This document shows positions 16,055-25,652 of a DNA stretch of 32,000 bases, piece after piece. Source of the stretch: Salmonella phage SenALZ1; sequence record MZ375357.1; one strand, given 5' to 3'. The first letter of the stretch is position 1; each line of letters begins with the position of its first letter. The notes under the pieces were generated by a model. That model was not told where the DNA came from. It ran no database searches and worked only from the letters and a program-made list of their open reading frames with translations. The translations under genes were made by a program, and so were the position numbers.

Positions 16055-17286
16055 TACACATTTCTAAAATGCCGCAGGGATATAAAGCCCCTGAAAAATG
16101 GAAATACCCGATTGATCTGGCAGTAGATTATCGTAAGCCAGAAAATCGCATGTACCTGCTCAAGGCATGGGTGGAGGCGCTATCCTACACTGAAGAGCAT
16201 AACCAGCAAGTCCGTCTGATGGATTATGCCATCGAGGTTACAGAAGGCATCACACAGCTCGAGAAGATCGAGCGCAAGATTTGGATGGCCTTTTTGTGGG
16301 GTTGTTGCTATAATGGGATTGGACCATGGACAATTTACAGTGAATTTCCTGTACCCCCACAATCTCCGAAAGAGTTTCAGCGATTTTCTGATTGGTATAA
16401 CCTGAACTTTGATCGTATGCGCTTCGATACAGATTGTCGTTATCGTAAGTCGAAGATGATTCCGTGCGTTCAGTCCTATATCGATTGGTTGGGTGGTAAA
16501 ACCCAAATGGATTCTTTTCGTTGGATGTTGGAATGCACTACCAAGGAAGACCAGTTCACCGAACTGTGGAATACGGCGATGTCATGGAAATACTTTGGCC
16601 GCCTGAGCGCATGGAACTTCCTGGAAGCCCTGAACATGGTCTTCGGTAACATATGGGATATAGACGTCCCTGGTTTCATGTTGCGTGACCGTGATGGTAG
16701 CGAATCCAATCGTAACGGCGCGGCGTTCTTATCCAACCGTGATGATTGGGTGACCAAGCACGGGAAGAAAAAGATCAACGGTTGTCCTATTACAGACGAA
16801 GAATGTGATATACTCGAAACCGACCTTGAGAAAGCATTTCAGGAATGCGTTGAAGAGTTCGGCCACATCACGTTTATCAATCGTCTGAACTTTGAGACCT
16901 CCGGTGCTTGTTGGCTGAAGAAATTCTTCCGACTGAAGAATACCCGTTACATCGGGTGGGACGCCGAGCGTACATGGGACGAGATCGATTATATGGAACG
17001 TATTTGGCCTGAATACTCCTGTACACCTCTCTGGGAAGCCCGTTCACTCTGGCTACCAGATACCCTGTTATGTGAGAAGGCTCCTGCAGGGCACGTTCCA
17101 GGCGTCCAGAAGTGGAAGATGCCCGTGTTCTTTGAGACGGGTGTTCCTCTACATATCTGGCATTTACAGCAGGGTACACGTTGGGAACCATCTGAGGTTT
17201 ACACTAATCTGAAAATGCCCGTCCGGAAGATAGAGGACAATCCGAAGTCGACCAGTGTAAACCTCATGACACTCTTGAAACGCTGA
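16051..17286 (+). CDS. Candidate amino acid:DNA transferase / aGPT-pyrophosphorylase-like DNA hypermodification enzyme
   Basis: RKIWMAFLWGCCYNGIGPWTIYSEFPVPP...WYNLNFDRMRFDTDCRYRKSKMIPCVQSYIDWLGG and FGRLSAWNFLEALNMVFG resemble my recollection of this family. The CDS itself is certain; the family call is moderate. Confidence 0.5.
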   Translation: MIHISKMPQGYKAPEKWKYPIDLAVDYRKPENRMYLLKAWVEALSYTEEHNQQVRLMDYAIEVTEGITQLEKIERKIWMAFLWGCCYNGIGPWTIYSEFPVPPQSPKEFQRFSDWYNLNFDRMRFDTDCRYRKSKMIPCVQSYIDWLGGKTQMDSFRWMLECTTKEDQFTELWNTAMSWKYFGRLSAWNFLEALNMVFGNIWDIDVPGFMLRDRDGSESNRNGAAFLSNRDDWVTKHGKKKINGCPITDEECDILETDLEKAFQECVEEFGHITFINRLNFETSGACWLKKFFRLKNTRYIGWDAERTWDEIDYMERIWPEYSCTPLWEARSLWLPDTLLCEKAPAGHVPGVQKWKMPVFFETGVPLHIWHLQQGTRWEPSEVYTNLKMPVRKIEDNPKSTSVNLMTLLKR

Positions 17287-17291
17287 TATAA

Positions 17292-17318
17292 ATATCCTCG
17301 CTATAAAGTGAGGATATT
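17292..17318 (+). promoter_or_regulatory. Hairpin sequestering the Shine-Dalgarno of the 17322 gene
   Basis: ATATCCTC...GAGGATAT (extends to 9 bp with the flanking A/T); GAGG is the Shine-Dalgarno of ATG 17322; the loop contains CTATAAAGT. Confidence 0.55.
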
Positions 17319-17321
17319 ATC

Positions 17322-17489
17322 ATGTTACAAGATCTGTTGGTTTATGTGCTTCCTGGTGTGGTTGTTGGCTTCATCGCTGGCGCTCTGGTCTTCCGTAAAC
17401 ACGCGCAAGACGGTGAAGTGATTGTTCAGAAGGGTAAAGACATCCTGGAACAAATCGAAGCCAAGCTGGAAGAGCTGAAGAAAAAGTAA
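17322..17489 (+). CDS. Small membrane-anchored protein (55 aa)
   Basis: Below the track cutoff. MLQDLLVYVLPGVVVGFIAGALVFRKHAQDGEVIVQKGKDILEQIEAKLEELKKK*. Confidence 0.7.
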   Translation: MLQDLLVYVLPGVVVGFIAGALVFRKHAQDGEVIVQKGKDILEQIEAKLEELKKK

Positions 17490-17518
17490 TCTGACTGCGA
17501 TTGCGTTCTTCAATAAAG

Positions 17519-17552
17519 GGGGATAGGGTATTATTGCTCTATCCTCTTTTTT
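17519..17552 (+). terminator. Rho-independent terminator
   Basis: GGGGATAG...CTATCCTC followed by TTTTTT. Confidence 0.75.
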
Positions 17553-17936
17553 ATGGAATGTATTATGTCTGACAAGCCAAGAAAGATTGCAATTATTGGA
17601 GGAGGGGTGGGCGCTCGTACTATGGCCATTATCCTTCAAGAAAAGTTGAAAGGCGTTGAAGTAGAATGTATCAGTGTAGACGATATTCCTAAACGTCGTT
17701 GTGAACCAGGTGAACGCATGATAATTTGTGATGATCTGGTAGAAAGTGAACGCAAAACATTGGTATCTCAAGCGGTGGCTCAGTTACGGAAGGCAGATAT
17801 TTCGTATTGTGAAGCAGAAGCCGATGACAGAGATATAATTGCGTCACAACGTTATCAAAAGCCGCCGCGCCTATATGGAGCCGCCCAACATAAACGTCAG
17901 GCTAAGAAATATAAAAATCGGAGCAAACGAAAATGA
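17553..17936 (+). CDS. Hypothetical protein with glycine-rich Rossmann-like N-terminus
   Basis: KIAIIGGGVGARTMAIIL. Start uncertain (MECIM or MSDKP). Confidence 0.6.
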   Translation: MECIMSDKPRKIAIIGGGVGARTMAIILQEKLKGVEVECISVDDIPKRRCEPGERMIICDDLVESERKTLVSQAVAQLRKADISYCEAEADDRDIIASQRYQKPPRLYGAAQHKRQAKKYKNRSKRK

Positions 17937-18379
17937 CTACTCAAAAACCAACTTATGAAGAATTGGCCACTGCGTTGATCCACATGGATGATGCCTTCCA
18001 AGATCTCTTTGGCCAAGTATGCTCTAATCCAGTGATGAATGCTTGGGGCAAGCCCGTTAACTTTGCTGTTATGAACAAACACCGCGAACAGGCAAGTTCA
18101 ACTATTAGCAATTTGCGTCAAACGATGGATGTAAAACAACCAAGCATCCAACGGTATCTTGAAAACTTCGATGAGTATTCTTTCAAAGACCTTCTGTTCA
18201 AAGATCTAGTCGAGCAAGAGCAACGCAGACAGAGTAAGAACTGCTCTGAAGTACAATCTTCTGATGAAATTCGTCAGAACATAGAACAAGAATTCGACAA
18301 TGCATACGATCCTATCGGTTTGGCTGTTATGATCGTAAAAGCTCTGTCGTATGCAGCAAAAGGTGAAACAAATGTCTAA
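17933..18379 (+). CDS. Hypothetical protein
   Basis: 148 aa ORF with a 4-nt ATGA overlap. Confidence 0.65.
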   Translation: MTTQKPTYEELATALIHMDDAFQDLFGQVCSNPVMNAWGKPVNFAVMNKHREQASSTISNLRQTMDVKQPSIQRYLENFDEYSFKDLLFKDLVEQEQRRQSKNCSEVQSSDEIRQNIEQEFDNAYDPIGLAVMIVKALSYAAKGETNV

Positions 18380-18557
18380 ACCATTATCTGCTGCGGCTGT
18401 CATCCCCGAATATCGCCTTCACGCATTATCGGAAGGTGAACCCAGATCATCACGATGTCATGTTATGTTTCAAGAAGGTAAAATGATGGCCGATGAAATC
18501 CTCTTCCTTCGAGCAGAGGTGATCCGTTTAAGTAACAATAAACCCCCAAAGAAATGA
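18372..18557 (+). CDS. Hypothetical protein (MSKPLSAAAVIPEYRLHAL...)
   Basis: Internal ATG of ORF 18351-18557 fits the operon overlap pattern. Confidence 0.5.
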   Translation: MSKPLSAAAVIPEYRLHALSEGEPRSSRCHVMFQEGKMMADEILFLRAEVIRLSNNKPPKK

Positions 18558-18566
18558 GGATATGTC

Positions 18567-18920
18567 ATGAGTTCTATTGAACAGCTGATCACACCACAAT
18601 ATGTTTACAGCAATATTGTAGAGCACCTCCGCTCTCAATTGAATGTGAAGCAGTTGAACAGCTCTGAATTGAGTGGTTTAGAAATAACAGAAGTTGAAGT
18701 TGCGGCCTTCGGTAGTCGTTATCATTTTGTTGTCAATCACACTCAGGTTGAACAAGTCACTTCGAGCATTATTGACCTCGGCGCAACGAAGCCTTCCCGC
18801 GCAGAGCCGAAATCTGTGACACGCAATATTGTGGGTTATCTGGAAGAGACGTTAGAGCCAGGTGCCACCCACCCGATATTCAATTTCAACGCCACCGTTG
18901 TAAACGTTCAGGGAAGTTAA
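18567..18920 (+). CDS. Hypothetical protein
   Basis: 117 aa ORF with GAGGA upstream. Confidence 0.65.
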   Translation: MSSIEQLITPQYVYSNIVEHLRSQLNVKQLNSSELSGLEITEVEVAAFGSRYHFVVNHTQVEQVTSSIIDLGATKPSRAEPKSVTRNIVGYLEETLEPGATHPIFNFNATVVNVQGS

Positions 18921-18928
18921 TCCTGATT

Positions 18929-18952
18929 AAAGCCTCCGATTGGAGGCTTTTC
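18929..18952 (+). terminator. Rho-independent terminator
   Basis: AAAGCCTCC-GATT-GGAGGCTTTTCT. Confidence 0.85.
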
Positions 18953-19027
18953 TATTGAACCACCCGCCAGTATCATAACCTTACCCAATAATGTGTTCTT
19001 CTTTGATCTGAACAGGAATTCTATACT

Positions 19028-21769
19028 ATGAAAATGCGCAAGTCCGAGCATTTCGTGCGCTCTTCTTCTACCATCGTCGGACAGACATTCAATGTCAAGA
19101 TGACGGATAAATTATTTGAAACATTATTTTCAAGTCTCTACAAATATAAAGAGGCGGCGTCTTTGCGTGAGACGTTGTGTAATGGTATAGACTCACATAA
19201 TATGCGTGATCGCCAACAACGCTGGATGCCATCGCATTATGCTCCTCTCACTCCTATGCCTCAACGATACAGCAAACATCTTGCCCCCAAGGGAACTCCT
19301 GTTGTTGTACATTTACCGGATGTTATGGAACCCTGGCTGGAAATTAAAGATTATGGGGTTGGTCTTCCATTAGAAATGATCATCGGCGAGCCTATTACAG
19401 CGCGTGAAGATGAAGTGCTGGTTGAAGGTAATATCGTCGTGAAGGAAGACGAAATCCCTGATAGCACTGCTGTTATTGGTACACCTGGTTATTATAATGG
19501 GGTACTGGTATTCCGCGCTGAGGATGGCGAGATCATTCGTGGACCTGGTTTGTATACAACACTCTTCCATAGTACAAAAGAGGACGACGACGGGCAAATA
19601 GGGGCGTTTGGGCTAGGTTCTAAATCCCCATTTGCTGTATCTGATTCATTTACAGTAGAAAGTCGCTATGAAGGGAAACTGTATCGCTTCCTGATGTATC
19701 TGAATGCGGACAGAATCCCAACTGTAGATCTCATTACCAAGGATTTAGATACCCGTGATCCTAAACCGGAAGACACTGATGAGTTCAACGGCCTGACTGT
19801 TAAAGTTCCTGTAAAGAATCAGCGTTTTACCGCCTTTGAACAAGAGTTGGTCCGTTTGGGTCGAGTGATGCGACCTTCAATGCGACCGAAGGTTGAAAAC
19901 GCCAGTTATTCTTTCCGTTGGTCTGACATCAACTTCGAAAACCGTGTAGGCAACACATATATCCAACCGAAGTCAGATTCCGACAACATCCACTATGCTG
20001 TCATGGGCGGGGTTTCTTATCCGATAGATCTCGACCAATTGGACTCTGAAATATGCACCGTGCTGGAAAAATTCCCGAGTTCCTATACCTTCTTCGAACT
20101 TGGAGAATTGAATGTTCCTCCATCACGTGAAGACTTGTCATATGACGAGTTCACCCGTGAAAGCCTGAACCGAGTGTTCAAATATGTGGCTGACAATATT
20201 ATGCAGGCGAAGATGTATGAACTTCGCCAGGCCGAATCTATGGGTCCTCTTATGCTTTATATGAAGAAGGCTCAATTGACCGATATGTTCGGTAGCGGTT
20301 TCCGTAAATTAGTGGAGCGAGAATTTCCTGCAGATAACCGTTTCTACAAAGGCACGTTCCGTTATATCGGAGCGCCGGACGTCGTGCGCGATTACTCTTT
20401 GGATGCACCTTTCCGGTCTATTGGTAGTCCTTACGAAATTGAAGTACACGACAACGGTGTAGTACACGACAGCATTTATGTGAACTCTGTCGGAAATTGG
20501 TTGAAATCTAAATCAAAAATTGCTGTTATTATTGATAACTCGAATCGTGCTCGAAACCTGAAGATACAAACAGCACGCAATAACTTCAATGTCGTTATCG
20601 TCGTCAAACCGAATGAAAATTATTTCAGTAATCGGAATCAGCTGGCGGCACATAAAGAATCATTTACCAACCATGAGGAATTGAAGTCTTATTTTGAATC
20701 ATGGATCGGTGTACAAGAAACAACGCCGGACTACCTGGTCTTTGCCGATAAACTGATCGAGGTCTTTGGCGATTTATTCAATCCGGATGAAGTCTATTTC
20801 ATGCATGAAATGGAATATGTTCGCCCGACCGTTGAAAAAGATCCTGGGATGTTTAGTTTCCATTACAATTCATTTAACTTCGACCGCGTTTATGAATTAG
20901 ATGGAAAAACCGTTTCAGATATTATTGATTCGGGCAAAAAGATCGTATATATCGAAGTATCTGGCCGAGAAGGTATCCATAAAATTCATGGTAATACCTT
21001 ACGACAAACCACGGCTGGACATTTGCGTGAAGCGATGGAAAGAACGAAGTTCGGCGAGAATGGAAACGAAAACCTGTTTGATTTGCTGGGAGCACATCCA
21101 ACAATCGTTCTTGCGCGTCGTAAATCTGTTCCGATGATGAAGAAATTCCCAGAAGTATTCATCCCCATTGACGCAGTGTTTGATATGTTGCTTGAGCATT
21201 ATAAAGATGAATTTCAGGCGCTTGAATCTAAGAAACTCCTGAAACTTCGCAAGGGCATAAACATCATGTCTCATCGCATTGATTATGGTGCCAAGCTGTT
21301 GATTGATTCCCATGGAAAAGTTACGGATGGCTATGCCCATCATCAACACAGGGCAAAAGCAATCATCGGTTATGCGAAACAACAAATCACTGAAGAAGAA
21401 TGGAAGATTGTTCGTATGCTGGCCAAACGAAACCCGTCTGGATCGGGGTACGGTTATTTCCGCAAGGCTGTTGAGGAATTACATTATCGTATAGAAATGC
21501 CTTTCCCAACTACGAGATTTTTCCGCGCCTGTAACCAGTTAACTCAAGTTGTTGATTTATTGAATGAAAAATTAACTGCTGAAGGATTTGATGAGATAAA
21601 GGTCACTAGCACTATATCTCAAAAGCAAAAGGCCAAAAACCGATACCGAGTTGAATGTCATCGTTTGGTGAAGTTCATGATGTCAAAATATCAGCCTTCG
21701 GCACACAACGCGATTGAAGATGCTACTAGATTTGTGAAGGCTATTTCAAAACGTATTCTCGGGGCATAA
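19028..21769 (+). CDS. rIIA: rIIA-like protein (GHKL-type ATPase fold)
   Basis: VGQTFNVKMTDKLFETLFSSLY...LRETLCNGIDSH, IKDYGVGLP and GAFGLGSKSPFAVSD match the rIIA/GHKL layout; followed immediately by rIIB-like. Confidence 0.88.
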   Translation: MKMRKSEHFVRSSSTIVGQTFNVKMTDKLFETLFSSLYKYKEAASLRETLCNGIDSHNMRDRQQRWMPSHYAPLTPMPQRYSKHLAPKGTPVVVHLPDVMEPWLEIKDYGVGLPLEMIIGEPITAREDEVLVEGNIVVKEDEIPDSTAVIGTPGYYNGVLVFRAEDGEIIRGPGLYTTLFHSTKEDDDGQIGAFGLGSKSPFAVSDSFTVESRYEGKLYRFLMYLNADRIPTVDLITKDLDTRDPKPEDTDEFNGLTVKVPVKNQRFTAFEQELVRLGRVMRPSMRPKVENASYSFRWSDINFENRVGNTYIQPKSDSDNIHYAVMGGVSYPIDLDQLDSEICTVLEKFPSSYTFFELGELNVPPSREDLSYDEFTRESLNRVFKYVADNIMQAKMYELRQAESMGPLMLYMKKAQLTDMFGSGFRKLVEREFPADNRFYKGTFRYIGAPDVVRDYSLDAPFRSIGSPYEIEVHDNGVVHDSIYVNSVGNWLKSKSKIAVIIDNSNRARNLKIQTARNNFNVVIVVKPNENYFSNRNQLAAHKESFTNHEELKSYFESWIGVQETTPDYLVFADKLIEVFGDLFNPDEVYFMHEMEYVRPTVEKDPGMFSFHYNSFNFDRVYELDGKTVSDIIDSGKKIVYIEVSGREGIHKIHGNTLRQTTAGHLREAMERTKFGENGNENLFDLLGAHPTIVLARRKSVPMMKKFPEVFIPIDAVFDMLLEHYKDEFQALESKKLLKLRKGINIMSHRIDYGAKLLIDSHGKVTDGYAHHQHRAKAIIGYAKQQITEEEWKIVRMLAKRNPSGSGYGYFRKAVEELHYRIEMPFPTTRFFRACNQLTQVVDLLNEKLTAEGFDEIKVTSTISQKQKAKNRYRVECHRLVKFMMSKYQPSAHNAIEDATRFVKAISKRILGA

Positions 21770-21801
21770 TAGCCCCATTACCCCACAGTGAGAACTACAA
21801 G

Positions 21802-23385
21802 ATGAATGCTATAGAAAAACGTATTCTCAAGCTGTTGAATGAGAACAGAAGTCAAAGTTCAATAGCCAGTGAATTGGGCGTACCGCGCTCAATGATACAA
21901 CGCGTGTCGGATAAAGAACTGGGAGTGGATCCAGCTTCGATTAAGTCTCTGACCACTGAACAGATTCAAGAAATACAAACCAAGAGCAGCAAAGGTGAAA
22001 GCAATTCTTCTCTGGCATCAGTTTATGGCGTCAGTGCCAAAACAATTGCCCGCGCCCTGATGGTTCGTATCATCAAAGAATCTAATAACGTGGTCGTGAT
22101 TTCGCCAATTAAAGAATTGACTGAAGAAGGGAAAATCCCCGACACCTATGAAGTTCTGGAAGGTTCGGTGTCTGTCGATTCTGAAGGCGAAGAATGGTAT
22201 GTTGGCCGTTTCCTGGAAAACCAAACAGTGTTTATCTGTATGCGTTACGATAGCTCTGCTGCTATTCAGGCCAAACTTTTCAGAAGCGAAGAACTGAAAC
22301 CGTTAGAAACTCGGTCAAGCCGCTTCAATGAAGAAAACATTTCTCCGTTGGCCGAATTGGCGACAGCACTGGTTGATGGCGTTACCAAAGTCAATGACGG
22401 CGTGGTAATCAGTGTACAACATGACGGCGAAACATACCCGATGCGCGGTTCCCTTGATGCCCGTCGGCGCGTGGGTTACTTTGATGTAATTTTAGGCCGT
22501 ACACTTCGTCTGGCATTGTCATCCGTATTATTCGTGGTCAAGACTGTTGCAGTTGTTGGAGAAACAGGCGACAAGCAAACTCAGAATTCATTTAATGAAA
22601 AAGATCTGTCTGTGTTCCTGAACGAACACCAGATCATGATTTTGCCGGAAAGTATCGTAATCGTGGTTGATGGTAAACCGGAAACGATCACAACGAGCCA
22701 CCAGGCGTATGACCGTATTGTTGAAGCGATTAAAAATCGTGACGTCAAAACAGCGTACACTCTGATGAAACCGCGTGAAGCCATCAAACAATTCACCACA
22801 GGCATGGTTGACCTTTCAGACAATCGTGTTCGCTGGGGTGGCTATGATATCACCGGAACTTCCGTTGCCAAACGCATTTTGGCTTTGGCATTAAAAGGCG
22901 ATTATCCGAACTTGGAACGCTTGGGTCGTTTCCTGGACAAAATGTTCCAAAACCCGAGCGCCGCGCTGGTTCAGTCCGGTCGAATCTATGAATTCATGGC
23001 ATATTCGGATATCGAAATTCATGAAGACGGTGATATCATCCTGTATAAATCCGTTCGCGGTAACTACATGGACAAGCGCACAGGAAAAGTTAGTAATGCT
23101 CCTGGCACCATTGTTAGGATGGCTCGCTCATTCGTGAACGATAACAACAAAGATCTGTGCTCTTACGGTCTTCACGTTTGTTCTCTGGCTTATCTGAAAC
23201 AATGTTTTGGTAGCCTGGGACAACGCGTTGTCCGTTGCAAACTGAACCCGAAAGATATCGTGTCTATCACTGATGATTATGGCTCCAGTAAAATCCGCTG
23301 CTGTGAATATCTGGTATTAGACGATTACACCACGGAATACAACCGCCAACATAAATCCATTGATGTTGAAGGTCTATACAAGTAA
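21802..23385 (+). CDS. rIIB: rIIB-like protein
   Basis: Two N-terminal HTH-like segments. C-terminal DGDIILYKSVRGNYMDKRTGKVSN...CSYGLHVCSLAYL...VRCKLNPKDIVSITDDYGSSKIRCCEY closely matches T4 rIIB. Confidence 0.93.
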   Translation: MNAIEKRILKLLNENRSQSSIASELGVPRSMIQRVSDKELGVDPASIKSLTTEQIQEIQTKSSKGESNSSLASVYGVSAKTIARALMVRIIKESNNVVVISPIKELTEEGKIPDTYEVLEGSVSVDSEGEEWYVGRFLENQTVFICMRYDSSAAIQAKLFRSEELKPLETRSSRFNEENISPLAELATALVDGVTKVNDGVVISVQHDGETYPMRGSLDARRRVGYFDVILGRTLRLALSSVLFVVKTVAVVGETGDKQTQNSFNEKDLSVFLNEHQIMILPESIVIVVDGKPETITTSHQAYDRIVEAIKNRDVKTAYTLMKPREAIKQFTTGMVDLSDNRVRWGGYDITGTSVAKRILALALKGDYPNLERLGRFLDKMFQNPSAALVQSGRIYEFMAYSDIEIHEDGDIILYKSVRGNYMDKRTGKVSNAPGTIVRMARSFVNDNNKDLCSYGLHVCSLAYLKQCFGSLGQRVVRCKLNPKDIVSITDDYGSSKIRCCEYLVLDDYTTEYNRQHKSIDVEGLYK

Positions 23386-23401
23386 CCGCGAACTGACATA
23401 A

Positions 23402-23430
23402 AAGAGGGGGCTTCGGCCTCCTTTTCTTTG
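23402..23430 (+). terminator. Rho-independent terminator
   Basis: AGGGGGC-TTCG-GCCTCCTTTTCTTT. Confidence 0.75.
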
Positions 23431-23438
23431 AGGTCGAT

Positions 23439-23738
23439 ATGGAAACCAGAGATGTTTACTTCGTGTATGAGCAACAGGCATTTGGATCACTGCGCCGAAA
23501 AACAAAGTTCCTTGTTGATTCATTCCAATTTGATGGAGAACTCAAGGAATACTCGTTCAGGAATTTTCCTCCGAGAGAAGTCATAGGCGACCAGTTCGTG
23601 AAATTATTTTGTCGTTGTGGCGGCTGTGACTTTAACGACGACGGATATTCCATGCATGTTTATTGCTGCAATTGTTGTGGTAAATATATTACAGTCTATA
23701 GGAGAACTGATCATGGCGAAGACACAAAAGAAAATTGA
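23439..23738 (+). CDS. Cys-rich small protein (possible Zn-binding)
   Basis: KLFCRCGGCDFNDDGYSMHVYCCNCCGKY. Confidence 0.6.
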   Translation: METRDVYFVYEQQAFGSLRRKTKFLVDSFQFDGELKEYSFRNFPPREVIGDQFVKLFCRCGGCDFNDDGYSMHVYCCNCCGKYITVYRRTDHGEDTKEN

Positions 23739-24126
23739 AAACACCCAAACCATTCAAGAAATCACTGCACAGGAAGAAAATAAACTTCCCAGTTATCTGC
23801 AACGCGTGGTGGATAACGTGCCTCAGGGCGGCGACGGCGGTATTGTCTACGCTGGTGACTACGGTTGGGTGTGTGAATATAAAGACGGCTCTAAGGAGCT
23901 TCTAGAGGAACTCACCGGACTTGCCGGAACTTTGCGCCGTTACGGGTTAGATAAATTCGGTAAGCCGATGAAACCAGGTACTGTGGTATCAACCGATATT
24001 ACAGTTGAAGTTCTTCTTTTGCTTGATATCAATGATCTTAAGACACTTGCGGAACCCCTGGGTATCGACGCGACTGACCGTAATGAAATAATCTCGCAAT
24101 TGACTGAAAAACTGCAGATTAAATAA
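23713..24126 (+). CDS. Hypothetical protein
   Basis: Start moved to MAKTQKKIENTQ at 23713; the track start 23617 lies deep inside the previous gene. Confidence 0.6.
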   Translation: MAKTQKKIENTQTIQEITAQEENKLPSYLQRVVDNVPQGGDGGIVYAGDYGWVCEYKDGSKELLEELTGLAGTLRRYGLDKFGKPMKPGTVVSTDITVEVLLLLDINDLKTLAEPLGIDATDRNEIISQLTEKLQIK

Positions 24127-24158
24127 TCTCAGTGTATAACTGCTGATTATAATTCAAT

Positions 24159-24551
24159 ATGGCTATCGTTGACGAAAGCAATTTGATGGAGTACGCTCTA
24201 AGACATTATATCACCCCTGGTGTCTCAAGAGATGATTTGATGGTAGACATTCAGCGAATTTCGCTAATTAATCAATCATTGAAAAGATTTGTGCCAGGGA
24301 AAAGTCCTCGCGTACTTATCAATCAATTGATTATCCTTTTCAATACCTTTGAAACCGAAGCCGTGTGCCGAATGTTGGTGTTGAAAACGGATAAGAACCA
24401 ACATCCTCGTCTTAAAGCAGCACTGTTGACGTTAGGAGTTTGGCGAGATGATTTATGTTCCGGTTCATACGAACCAGATAATGAGCTGATGATGGCTCTG
24501 AACAACGATTTGGATGAGTGGAGGAAACCATGCCAACAATCACAGTATTAG
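24159..24551 (+). CDS. Hypothetical protein
   Basis: 130 aa ORF. Confidence 0.6.
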   Translation: MAIVDESNLMEYALRHYITPGVSRDDLMVDIQRISLINQSLKRFVPGKSPRVLINQLIILFNTFETEAVCRMLVLKTDKNQHPRLKAALLTLGVWRDDLCSGSYEPDNELMMALNNDLDEWRKPCQQSQY

Positions 24552-25339
24552 TCGCACCGGAAGTTGTCCGCAACAAACCCGAAACCGAACGCAATCATGT
24601 CGTGACGGGTGTTGCAAAGGGTTGGCAAAAGACCAGCCTCAACCAAGATCCTGATGAGATCCTGACCGAATGTAAAGGTCTTGACGCTCTGCTCACCAAG
24701 AGCAATTTACAAGCGGACGGTGTCACCAAAGTGGATCCCACCAAGCCTATCGGCTTTCAAGTATCTTATGAAATCCACGATCCGAATGCCATTTTAACCA
24801 CCGGACTTGTGATTACTCCAGCTACAGCCAGCGGAGAGATCGGACAGTTTGTTGAATTGCTGGCGACGGTATCCCCTGCCAATGCCACATATCAAGGCGT
24901 TAATTGGTATTCTGGTGACCTGACGAAGGCGATCCATATCGGCGGTGGTAAATTCAAACTGCTTCAGTCTGGTTCTGTTACAGTTTATGGTGTTACTGTA
25001 GAAGGAAATCACACCGATTCTACCGTCATCACCATCGCAGGACTGTTGTCGTTGACAACCGATCTGGCTGCTTCTCAGGACGTGGCCGACGGCGCTGATG
25101 CGACATTCACTATCGTTGCTGCTGGCGGCACCACGCCGTACTCTTATGCGTGGTATTACTCTGACACCCCTGGCGGCGAAGGTGTGGTGATTGATGCTGG
25201 TGTTAACCCAACAGCAGCGACTGCGTCTCTGGTCAACCACGCTGTCACCGCTGCTTCTGAGGGTGAGTACTGGTGTGTTGTAGAAGACGCGGACGGCCAT
25301 TCTGTAACTTCCACCCGTTGTGAACTGGCTGTGGTGTAA
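24530..25339 (+). CDS. Ig-like domain protein, possibly Hoc-like capsid decoration protein
   Basis: VTVYGVTVEGNHTDSTVITIAGLLSLTTDLAASQDVADGADATFTIVAAGGTTPYSYAWYYSD...ASLVNHAVTAASEGEYWCVVEDADGHSVTSTRCELAV is a classic Ig/PKD-type repeat. Confidence 0.65.
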   Translation: MPTITVLVAPEVVRNKPETERNHVVTGVAKGWQKTSLNQDPDEILTECKGLDALLTKSNLQADGVTKVDPTKPIGFQVSYEIHDPNAILTTGLVITPATASGEIGQFVELLATVSPANATYQGVNWYSGDLTKAIHIGGGKFKLLQSGSVTVYGVTVEGNHTDSTVITIAGLLSLTTDLAASQDVADGADATFTIVAAGGTTPYSYAWYYSDTPGGEGVVIDAGVNPTAATASLVNHAVTAASEGEYWCVVEDADGHSVTSTRCELAVV

Positions 25340-25342
25340 TCT

Positions 25343-25564
25343 ATGAAGAGCTTCCAGGATTTCCTTGAAGACTCTTCTGCTCCGGCAACCACGACCGCCG
25401 ATGTGGGGAAACCCGAAGGCGGTATGGTCAAGGAGCCTGTCAAAAAACCAAAAGATCTTGAAGAAGAGTCTGATTTTAAAAAGATCTTTGGTAACATTTT
25501 CAAAGATTTGGATTTATCCAAGGCGCGAAAATGGAATTTCAGGACAGGCCAATACGACGATTAA
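25343..25564 (+). CDS. Small protein with T4 internal-protein-like N-terminus
   Basis: MKSFQDFLEDSSAPATTTADVGKPEGG...; similar N-terminal pattern to the 8115 ORF and T4 IP proteins. Confidence 0.65.
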   Translation: MKSFQDFLEDSSAPATTTADVGKPEGGMVKEPVKKPKDLEEESDFKKIFGNIFKDLDLSKARKWNFRTGQYDD

Positions 25565-25590
25565 AGAGGCTTCGGCCTCTTTTTCATTGT
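25565..25590 (+). terminator. Rho-independent terminator
   Basis: AAAGAGGC-TTCG-GCCTCTTTTTC. Confidence 0.85.
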
Positions 25591-25652
25591 TGGTATACCA
25601 AAGTATAATTGTTATGTTCCCCATGAGAGGAACTTATACTGAGGGTCTAACA

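Noticed and set aside
19370-22823. Minus-strand and out-of-frame ORFs across rIIA/rIIB and similar antisense ORFs in polymerase and topoisomerase genes
   Set aside because: Shadow ORFs of strongly supported coding sequences.
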